From NCBI GenBank assembly GCA_021202395.1, contig JAJQDC010000044.1, positions 137 to 64,136 on the forward strand: a stretch of DNA of 64,000 bases, in the 5' to 3' direction. The notes under the pieces are model-generated. The model did no database searches and was not told where the DNA came from. It worked only from the letters and a program-made list of their open reading frames with translations. Below, one piece after another: positions 49,538-56,912 of the stretch. How positions within the stretch are numbered: the stretch's first letter is position 1; each line of letters starts with the position of its first letter. Made by a program: the position numbers and the translations under genes. The DNA comes from Clostridia bacterium (GTDB taxonomy: Bacteria > Bacillota > Clostridia > Christensenellales > Borkfalkiaceae).

Positions 49538-50383
49538 TTATACTTCGTTCCACTTTTCTCGCAGGAATGCGGAACAAGGTACTATATTTTCGCCCGTGGT
49601 GCCTTCAAGCACGAGCTTTGCGTTTTTGTCGTATGCCTTGATGCGCTTTAATATCGCATCAAAGTCAAAAACGCCCTTCCCCGGGGGAACCTGCTTTACC
49701 TTGTTTTCAGCTTCGTCAAACACGTAGTCCTTTATGTGGAACACGCATATTTTGCCTGCAAAGGTTTCAAGCCCCTCGTCTAAAATTTTAAGATAGTCTG
49801 CGTGGTTAGACGCGTCAAGATAATTGTAAATATCAAATATAACCTTTATATTTGGCAGGTTAATGCCGTCTATAGCGCGCTTAAGCGTCTGTACGTTGTA
49901 ACATACATGCCCTGCTGCGCCTTCCATACCGATATTTACACCCCTTTCCCCTGCAAATTCGGCAAGCTCCTTAAAGGTAGCCGTAACCCTTGAAAGCGCT
50001 TCTTCGGTGCGGTTTAAGGGGTTGTACGTCCACTTATCGTCGTTGAACGAACCCGTCTCCGAGCCGACTATATTGCAGCCAAGGTTTTTGCAGTATGTAA
50101 GGTATTCTTTAAAGACGGCAATGCCGTTTGCAACCTTTTCGGGGTTGGAGTGTACGGGGTTAAAGTAAGCGCCTATTAAGCCTACGTCTATGCCGTTTGC
50201 CCTTAAAGTATCCCCGATCCAACGGGAATTTTCTTCGTTGAGCTGGCCGGGCTGGTACTTCAGCTCGTCCATAAATTTATATGCAACAAGCTGTACCCCG
50301 TCTATGCCGCATCCCTTTACTCTGGCTACGGCGGGCTCTAACCCCCTTACGCCCAGGTCGTGCGTGCGGAACTCTATTTTCAT
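49538..50383 (-). CDS. Sugar-phosphate isomerase/epimerase (xylose-isomerase-like TIM barrel), copy 2
   Basis: Translation identical to 29356..30201. Here it is translationally coupled to the intact kdgK (TAATG overlap). Confidence 0.6.
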   Translation of the reverse strand: MKIEFRTHDLGVRGLEPAVARVKGCGIDGVQLVAYKFMDELKYQPGQLNEENSRWIGDTLRANGIDVGLIGAYFNPVHSNPEKVANGIAVFKEYLTYCKNLGCNIVGSETGSFNDDKWTYNPLNRTEEALSRVTATFKELAEFAGERGVNIGMEGAAGHVCYNVQTLKRAIDGINLPNIKVIFDIYNYLDASNHADYLKILDEGLETFAGKICVFHIKDYVFDEAENKVKQVPPGKGVFDFDAILKRIKAYDKNAKLVLEGTTGENIVPCSAFLREKWNEV

Positions 50384-51411
50384 TATCTCTGAACGCGGCC
50401 GCTGCCGTCGCCGCCGGCAAGAGCTTCTACTTCCTTGCGGGATACAAGGTTGAAGTCGCCGGGTATGGTGTGCTTAAGTGCAGATGCTGCAACGCCGTAT
50501 TCAAGTGCAGACTTAAAGTCTTTACCGTCAAGGAAGCCTGTTATAACGCCTCCGGCAAAGCTGTCGCCGCCGCCTACACGGTCTACGATGGGGCTGATCC
50601 TGTATGTCTTTGAATGATAGAATTCTTTGGTAGCTGCGCTGTAGATGCAAGCCGACCAGCCGTTGTCTGATGCGGAGTGGCTTACGCGGAGCGAGCTTAT
50701 AGCATACTTGAAGGGGAACTTAGCGCACATCTGCTCAAATATTGATTTGTAGCCCGCAAGTTCAAGTTCGCCTGAAGTTACGTCTGTATTGCCGGGTTTG
50801 AAACCTAATACAAGGTTAGCGTCTTCTTCGTTGCCGATGCAGACGTCTACATACTGCATTAAAGGAGTCATTATCTTCTGAGCCTTTTCAGAAGACCATA
50901 ATTTTTTACGGAAGTTAAGGTCAACCGAAACGATTACGTTGTGCTTTTTAGCAGCCTTTAAAGCGGCTTCGGTAAGTTTAGCGGCTGCGTCTGATACAGC
51001 GGGTGTAATGCCTGTGAAGTGGAACCAGTCAGCGCCTTCAAATATAGCGTCAAAATCGAAGTCTGCGGGTGTAGCTGTGGTTATAGAAGAGTGAGCCCTG
51101 TCGTAAACGACTTTAGAAGGACGCATAGAAGCGCCTGTTTCAAGGTAGTAGATACCAAGCCTTTCGCCGCATTTAGCGATGTGCTTTGTTTCTACGCCGT
51201 ATTTTCTTAAAGCGGCAATAGCACATTCGCCGAGTTCGTTGTCGGGAACTGCGGTTACAAATTCTGCTTCGTGGCCGTAGTTAGCGCACGAAACGGCTAC
51301 GTTGGCTTCGCCGCCGCCGTAGTTGATGTCGAACTCGTCGGCCTGGATGAACTTTTCATTGTTCGGGGTTGAAAGACGAAGCATTATTTCGCCCATAGTT
51401 ACGATTTTCAT
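50383..51411 (-). CDS. kdgK: 2-dehydro-3-deoxygluconokinase (PfkB family), single intact copy
   Basis: 342 aa. N-terminal GGGEANVAV block and the DRVGGGDSFAGG anion-hole/ATP motif. It is adjacent to the KDPG aldolase gene. Only its last 56 nt fall inside the duplicated unit. Confidence 0.85.
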   Translation of the reverse strand: MKIVTMGEIMLRLSTPNNEKFIQADEFDINYGGGEANVAVSCANYGHEAEFVTAVPDNELGECAIAALRKYGVETKHIAKCGERLGIYYLETGASMRPSKVVYDRAHSSITTATPADFDFDAIFEGADWFHFTGITPAVSDAAAKLTEAALKAAKKHNVIVSVDLNFRKKLWSSEKAQKIMTPLMQYVDVCIGNEEDANLVLGFKPGNTDVTSGELELAGYKSIFEQMCAKFPFKYAISSLRVSHSASDNGWSACIYSAATKEFYHSKTYRISPIVDRVGGGDSFAGGVITGFLDGKDFKSALEYGVAASALKHTIPGDFNLVSRKEVEALAGGDGSGRVQR

Positions 51412-51455
51412 AAGATAATTTCTCCTGTTATGAATAATTTATGTTCACAAATTTA

Positions 51456-51694
51456 TTTTTGCATTGCTGTGCAAAAATAAATTTCGTGATTTTTAAAGAC
51501 AAACCAATCTTGCTTACGCTACGATTGTTTTTTCTTTCTTTTGCGCATTTGCTCGGGGCATAGATTTTATATAATGCGCAAAATTCAATCTTTTACCTTA
51601 ATACTGCAGGGTTTTGGGCATAACAAGTGAAGCCCAAAACTCATTATTATTTTTTAAATCAGCCGCAAATTGCCTGCGCAATTATGCGTTTTAC
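51456..51694 (-). promoter_or_regulatory. Conserved ~230-bp upstream block of kdgK (paralog of the kduI block)
   Basis: Near-identical to 28797..29026. Palindrome TTTTTGCA-cagcaa-TGCAAAAA at 51456-51477. Candidate promoter TTGTTA (51621-51626), N17, TATTAA (51598-51603) on the minus strand. The block fills the whole kdgA-kdgK intergenic gap. Confidence 0.5.
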
Positions 51695-51697
51695 TCT

Positions 51698-52687
51698 TTA
51701 CTTCCTTTTTACAAGGTGAACGGCAAAGCCGCCGAACTGGTCTTTAAGGTAAGCAACGTTCATTTCGCCCGTAGCTTTGTCGTACTTGAAAGACGTTTCG
51801 TCTGCTTCAAAACCGCGGAGTTTAAGCTGGTATACTGCACGCTTTACCGAATTGGTAGCTATTGCTATATGACCGTGGTCGCCCCTGAAAGGCGTCTTCA
51901 TCATCTCCATATACGTAGAAGCGAATACCGAGCTGTTGCCCACCTTTTTTGTAAAGCCGAAGGCTGCGTCAAATTTATCGGCAACTGCTTCCGCCTCTTC
52001 GGGGTTGGCGCAGTTAAGACCGACGTGTACCATTTCAAAGCCGAGCATCTTTGCGATAGCTTCTTTGCAGAGCCTGGTTATTTCTGCCCAGTTTTCTTCG
52101 GCAAGGGCCTTGGCGGGAACTATCCAGCTGCCGCCGCAGCAAACGATTTTGTTGTAAGCAAGGTAACTGTTAAGGTTATCTGCCGTTACGCCGCCCGTGG
52201 GCATAAAGCGCATTGTTGTGTAGGGGCCGCATACAGATTTTATGTAGGCAAGCCCGCCTGCCTGTTCTGCGGGGAAGAACTTAACAAAGTCAAGACCGAG
52301 TTCAAGAGCCTGCTCTATTTCGCTTGCAGACGAAAGACCGGGGGCAAAAGGTATGCCGCTTTCCAGGCAGTGTTTTACTACCTTGGGGTTAAGACCGGGG
52401 GCTACGCAGAACTTTGCGCCTGCAGCATATGCCGCATCCGCCTGCTCGCAGGTAAGAACGGTGCCTGCACCCACCATCATATCGGGATATGCCGCAACCA
52501 TCCTGCGGATAACTTCGTCTGCGCCCTTGGCGCGGAATGTAACTTCGGCACAGTTGATGCCGCCGTCGCGCAGTGCTTTAGCAAGCTTTTCTGCGTTTTC
52601 TACTTTGTCTAATTTGATTACGGGTACAATACCGATGTTAGAAAATTCTTCTACAACGGCATCTATTTTAGCTTTTACGTCTGCCAT
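51698..52687 (-). CDS. kdgA: KDPG/KHG aldolase fused to a C-terminal VOC (glyoxalase-like) domain
   Basis: 329 aa. Residues ~1-210 are a typical Eda TIM barrel (IVPVIKL..., EVTFR, GAGTVL, KFFPAE, MPTGGV). Residues ~215-329 (MLGFEMVHVGLNCANPEEAE...GHIAIATNSV...FAVHLVKRK) look like a VOC/glyoxalase-fold domain. Confidence 0.75.
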   Translation of the reverse strand: MADVKAKIDAVVEEFSNIGIVPVIKLDKVENAEKLAKALRDGGINCAEVTFRAKGADEVIRRMVAAYPDMMVGAGTVLTCEQADAAYAAGAKFCVAPGLNPKVVKHCLESGIPFAPGLSSASEIEQALELGLDFVKFFPAEQAGGLAYIKSVCGPYTTMRFMPTGGVTADNLNSYLAYNKIVCCGGSWIVPAKALAEENWAEITRLCKEAIAKMLGFEMVHVGLNCANPEEAEAVADKFDAAFGFTKKVGNSSVFASTYMEMMKTPFRGDHGHIAIATNSVKRAVYQLKLRGFEADETSFKYDKATGEMNVAYLKDQFGGFAVHLVKRK

Positions 52688-52839
52688 AATTTCACACTCC
52701 CAGCCGCCATATTTCTGCGGCGCAGTATATTATTTCACACATAACTATTATACCTTTGCGCGCGGTATAATTCCATACATAAAACGGATATCTATATTCA
52801 AAATTTGGATATAATAATATTACTGTAAACAACAGTAGT

Positions 52840-52985
52840 CTTAACGTCATCGCGAGCGGGCGTTAGCGACACCCTGCTCACTGTATTAAAGGCTCCTCTG
52901 TAAGGACGGCTACAATGCGGTAATAAGCATTGCAACATACGTTACACTACGATTGCAATGACATATAGTGTGCTGTCATCTTTAC
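52840..52985. repeat. Intergenic hairpin repeat modules
   Basis: Contains gtcatcgcgagcgggcgttagcgac... and ...attgcaatgacatatagtgtgctgtc. These are variants of the gtcattgcgagc/gcaatgac family. Confidence 0.5.
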
Positions 52986-53008
52986 CACCCTTCCCAAACA
53001 ACAAACTT

Positions 53009-53032
53009 AGCGGCGGGGAGAACCCCGCCGCT
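53009..53032 (-). terminator. Terminator after the PL9-like gene
   Basis: 10-bp stem agcggcgggg pairs with ccccgccgct, loop agaa. On the minus strand it is followed by aagtttgttgttt. Confidence 0.55.
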
Positions 53033-53074
53033 TTGCTTACTGAAAATTCAGTTTTGCGATTTTTTGCCTAAAGC

Positions 53075-56000
53075 TCAGCCGTTTGCGATTTTAAGCGTAA
53101 GCCCGCCGTTTGTGGTATCCACTACCCAGATCGTAAGATCAAAGCCGAGAGCCGTCCACGTTGCTTCAAGTTTAACGCTGTCTGCGGTAAGCGTTGTCTG
53201 AGCCGAAGGATAGTTCCTGTCGGTCATGTAACCAGCCGTATTTGTAACGGTTGCGCCTGAGTAGCTGCCTATTATTGTAGAAAGCCCTGCGCTGGTGCTT
53301 GAAGTAATGGCTGTGCCGCTTCCGTCAAGTATGGTGCCTACAAATACGCATCCGTCTACGGTAAGGCTGCCGCTGCCCGTGCCGCCGCCCAATATACCTG
53401 CTGTACGCTTAGCGCCCATAAGAACACTGTCGCTGTAGCAGTTGGTTATAACAAGATTGTCAAGACCGTCGCCGTTCCTGTCGTCGTACCTGCCGACTAT
53501 GCCGCCTACGTAGTCGCCTGCGGAGTTGCCGCCGACTATAGCCTTAACATAGCAGTTGGTAATGGTTATATCCATATACAGCTGTGCAGATGAAGTCTGG
53601 GCAAAGCCTACAAGGGCTGCAACCCTGGCTGTAGCGTTTGCGCCGCCTATCTGGTAGGTATATGTGCCGTCTTCATTGGCAGACGTATCGTTGATAACTG
53701 CAACGTTAGATACAAGCACTGCGTTGTTGTTGCTGAATATCTGGCCTGCAAGTGCGCCCACACGCTGAGCGGAAGAGCCTGCGATTACGGTTACATTGGT
53801 TATAACTATATCGCTTACGGTACCATAGATAATGGAGCCGAATACACCGCCGATCTTATCGGTATAGCCCGTTACAGTGATATTATCAAAGTTAATATTT
53901 GTTACGGTGCCGCCGTACAGAGACCTGAAGATACCTACATAAGTAGGAACAGTTTTATCAACTTCAACTGCATCTATAGTGATGTTGCTTATGGTATATC
54001 CGTTGCCGTTAAGAAGGCCTTTGAAGCCATCGGTATCGGCAGAGAACGAACCCGTTACACTATATGTATAATCAGTAAAGTCAAGGTCTTTGGTAAGTAC
54101 GTATATAACGGTGGAAGTCGTTTCGGTTACGTGCTGTGCAAGGTTGTAGAAGTCGTCAAGGGTAGAAATTTCTACCTGCTGTACCTGCGTTTCGTAAATC
54201 TGCGACGTTACTTCGCCGTTGCCGTTGGTGAATACCGTATAGATGTAGTAAGCACCCGTGTTGGCATTTGTGAAGTCAAGGTCAAGCGTAGTCGTCCTGA
54301 AGGTATACGATTCGCCGTTAGCCATTATATAATCTGCAGTCTTGTTTTCGTCTGCAAGCGCTTCGGTTGTTGAGTAAGAATATATGGTACCTATCGCGCT
54401 GGAAAGGCTGCCGGATATATTGTAACCGGTAGAGATAACCGTTACGTCATACTCATCGTTAAGGAAGGTAATTGTAGCCGTGTTGGACGCAACAAGCACG
54501 TAGTATGTAAAGCTTACGCTGTCGCCCTTGTTTTCGCCTACCGTTAAGGTAACGGTCATCGTTATTTTGAATGCGCCGTCCTGTGCGGTGGTGAAGTTAG
54601 CTACTTCTACGCCTTCGCCTGATGTAAGCGCAGCTATGTCTTCGCCGAATTCATACGTTGTTACAAACGTAGCCTGTTCTTCGGTTATAACTTTGTCGCT
54701 GTAGTCTGCGCTGTTGTAAATTATAATTTCGGGGTCAGAGAGCACTTCGTACTTATCTACTATTATAGACTGCCCGTTGGTAAGTTCGCTGCCGTCGGGA
54801 CCTATTACTATAACGTCGCCGATAACAGGGCTGTCGCCTATTACGTTAAGGGTAAACGTCTTTGTGATAGATTCGCCGTAATAGTAAATTGTTGCGGTAA
54901 GCGTAACTTCGGTATCGCTATCGGGGCGGTTTACTATAATGGGCACATATTCCGCCTTAGAAAGGTCGCTGCCCGTGTAAGTTTTGCTTACTTCAAGTAT
55001 GCTGCTGTCGCTTGATTCCCACATAACCACGCAGCCGTAGATCTTTGATACCGCGTCAAAATCCTGGTAAACTGCAGTTTCGTCTGTCTGGATATAGAGC
55101 ATATCCTTTGCAGCCTGCAATGTAACCTGAACGGAATCTTCGTAGGTTGTGAAGTCGGTCATGTTGTAGTGGGTGTACGCATCGTAACTTGTTAAATTGA
55201 GCGTTGCGCCTATGGGTGTGCTGTCGCCAAGAAGTTTGGTCTGATCTTTGATTGCGAACAGGTCGCCCATGTTTATGGAGCCGTCTTCATTACGGTACGT
55301 TGCGTGTATAGAAGAATATTCCGCCGTAGTTTCGGTTGCTGCTACCACCGTCTCTTTGCCGCTTATGTTATAAACATATTTGGCGGCTACTGCTTCGGCA
55401 GTTTCGGTTGCTGCCGTGCCTGCGGTATATTCTATGTTGAGCTTTGTAAATACGTCTTCCGCATTTATAAGGCTGCCTACGTCTTCGCCTATTATGCCGT
55501 TTTTGCTGTCTGCGTCAAGAGTGCCTTCTACCTTGGCAGAAGTTTCTTTTGCAAGAGAGCTTGCGTCAGTCATATAGAATATGCTGTCCTGAACGGAACC
55601 GCGGTACTTGTCGTATACAAGCCCTGTAGCCATATCCGTCTTTAACGACAAGCAGTGGTCAAGGTGGTTATAGCTGTAGTCCTGGCGGGATACGTCGTAG
55701 TTGGCGTGTGTGCCCGAACCGCCGCATATAATCTGGCCGAATGTATCTGATGTGGAATCGTCGTCTATAGCGGCGCCGTTGTCTACTGCCGTGCAGTACT
55801 TAAGCGAAAGGTAACCAGGGTTAGAGTTATCGGTAAAGCCGTGCATACGGTTTGCGAACGAAAGGCAGTTATAAACGAATACGTCGCCTTCCATTGCTTC
55901 GCCGCCGAGCTTAAAGCCGTTGCCGTCGCCGTCTGCCGTGGTATAGGTGTTGGTGTTTGCCTCGTTATAAGTAGCTGCGTCATATGTGCTGCCGTAACGG

Positions 56001-56911
56001 GCATTGCTCTCTTCCTGGGTGTATTCAAGGTAGCCGTTTTCAAATGCTACGCAGTTGTAGATGTAAACAGCGCCAAGGTTACCCGAAGTATTCTTTGCAT
56101 ACAGATCCCAGCCGTCGTCAGAGTTGCGGTAAGCTATACATCCGTCAAACACGTTGCCGTAGCCAAGGGTAAGTTTAGCCGCAAAGCCGTCGGCATTTTC
56201 GCCGTACGTCTGGTTGTCGTAGTTGTTATGCGAAGTGCAGTTTTTAACAAGGTTGTAGCTCGGCCATAAATCTACCGTGCTGCCGCTGTTCCTGCCTATC
56301 TGAAGGCCGGTGTCGCGGTTATCGTAAAATTCGCAGTTTTCTACTAAGTTGTAGTTCCCTGCAAGGTACATGCCGTTGTCGCCCGCGCCGCATACGTTAA
56401 TGCCTATAAAGTTTATAAAGTCGCCGCCAAGGTTAACGCCGCGTGAACCCCAGCCCTGGCCGTAGCAGGAAAGTATTGCCTGGCCTGCATTTTCTGCCGT
56501 AATTGTAATGGGCTGGTCGTACGTGCCGTCTACATAGATGTAAAGCGTGCTCGTAAGGGTATATGTGCCGTCCTTTAATATAACGGTGTCGCCCGGTTCA
56601 AGCGCACTGTCGTTGCCGTTTACCAACGTCATAAGGTCTGCGGGGTCTTCTGAAGTACCGGTGCCCGTTCCCGTAGGGGATACATAGTATGTGGTGCCCG
56701 ACGTGGTAACCGTTCTTGAGCCGAATACCGAGCTTATGGTATAAGAAGTACTTTCGGCTGTGCTGCCTGTTATTGATAATTCGGTAGAACCGGTGTCTGA
56801 ACCAAAGGTCTCTTCGGAAGTGCTGCAAGCTGACAGAACACCGCTCAGCGAAGAGCCTGCAATGGCAAGAACTACTAACGCTGATAATAATTTTGTCTTA
56901 TTCTTTTTCAT
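53075..56911 (-). CDS. Large secreted lipoprotein with a PL9-like pectate lyase beta-helix and a C-terminal GLUG-type repeat region
   Basis: 1278 aa. Signal peptide plus lipobox (LSGVLSAC). N-terminal YYVSPTGTGTGTSEDPADL...PGDTVILKDGTY entry motif, then YGENADGFAAKLTLGYGNVFDGCIAYRNSDDGWDLY, which I recognise as the PL9 right-handed beta-helix core. C-terminal repeats are of the form GIFRSLYGGTVTNINFDNITV / IGGVFGSIIYGTVSDIVITNVTV (GLUG-like). Translationally coupled to the upstream gene. Confidence 0.6.
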   Translation of the reverse strand: MKKNKTKLLSALVVLAIAGSSLSGVLSACSTSEETFGSDTGSTELSITGSTAESTSYTISSVFGSRTVTTSGTTYYVSPTGTGTGTSEDPADLMTLVNGNDSALEPGDTVILKDGTYTLTSTLYIYVDGTYDQPITITAENAGQAILSCYGQGWGSRGVNLGGDFINFIGINVCGAGDNGMYLAGNYNLVENCEFYDNRDTGLQIGRNSGSTVDLWPSYNLVKNCTSHNNYDNQTYGENADGFAAKLTLGYGNVFDGCIAYRNSDDGWDLYAKNTSGNLGAVYIYNCVAFENGYLEYTQEESNARYGSTYDAATYNEANTNTYTTADGDGNGFKLGGEAMEGDVFVYNCLSFANRMHGFTDNSNPGYLSLKYCTAVDNGAAIDDDSTSDTFGQIICGGSGTHANYDVSRQDYSYNHLDHCLSLKTDMATGLVYDKYRGSVQDSIFYMTDASSLAKETSAKVEGTLDADSKNGIIGEDVGSLINAEDVFTKLNIEYTAGTAATETAEAVAAKYVYNISGKETVVAATETTAEYSSIHATYRNEDGSINMGDLFAIKDQTKLLGDSTPIGATLNLTSYDAYTHYNMTDFTTYEDSVQVTLQAAKDMLYIQTDETAVYQDFDAVSKIYGCVVMWESSDSSILEVSKTYTGSDLSKAEYVPIIVNRPDSDTEVTLTATIYYYGESITKTFTLNVIGDSPVIGDVIVIGPDGSELTNGQSIIVDKYEVLSDPEIIIYNSADYSDKVITEEQATFVTTYEFGEDIAALTSGEGVEVANFTTAQDGAFKITMTVTLTVGENKGDSVSFTYYVLVASNTATITFLNDEYDVTVISTGYNISGSLSSAIGTIYSYSTTEALADENKTADYIMANGESYTFRTTTLDLDFTNANTGAYYIYTVFTNGNGEVTSQIYETQVQQVEISTLDDFYNLAQHVTETTSTVIYVLTKDLDFTDYTYSVTGSFSADTDGFKGLLNGNGYTISNITIDAVEVDKTVPTYVGIFRSLYGGTVTNINFDNITVTGYTDKIGGVFGSIIYGTVSDIVITNVTVIAGSSAQRVGALAGQIFSNNNAVLVSNVAVINDTSANEDGTYTYQIGGANATARVAALVGFAQTSSAQLYMDITITNCYVKAIVGGNSAGDYVGGIVGRYDDRNGDGLDNLVITNCYSDSVLMGAKRTAGILGGGTGSGSLTVDGCVFVGTILDGSGTAITSSTSAGLSTIIGSYSGATVTNTAGYMTDRNYPSAQTTLTADSVKLEATWTALGFDLTIWVVDTTNGGLTLKIANG

Positions 56912-56912
56912 T

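Larger units (their letters stand above)
10066..50438. repeat. Head-to-tail tandem duplication, 2 x 20,182 bp, plus the trailing 9-bp microhomology
   Basis: Region 10066..30247 equals 30248..50429. All paired ORFs in the track have identical translations at offset +20182, and spot-checked sequence lines are identical. CTTCCTTGC occurs at 10066-10074, 30248-30256 and 50430-50438. Confidence 0.9.

Noticed and set aside
10066-50438. Explanation of the 20-kb repeat as a circular-contig or assembly concatenation artefact
   Set aside because: This is only partly rejected. Unique sequence flanks both sides, both breakpoints are inside genes, and the join uses a 9-bp microhomology. That is not what end-overlap concatenation of a circular molecule produces. 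A mis-assembly still cannot be excluded without reads, hence the checks listed in the finding.
51614-52612. 332-aa plus-strand ORF
   Set aside because: It is antisense to the KDPG aldolase gene, whose Eda motifs are unambiguous. Its composition is Cys/Phe/Ala-rich nonsense, and its start lies inside the conserved non-coding block.
52740-52800. Inverted repeat TATACC-N9-GGTATA overlapping a TATAAT-like box upstream of kdgA, as a possible operator
   Set aside because: It is a single 6-bp half-site pair with no second occurrence in the window and only a poor -35. It cannot be distinguished from chance.
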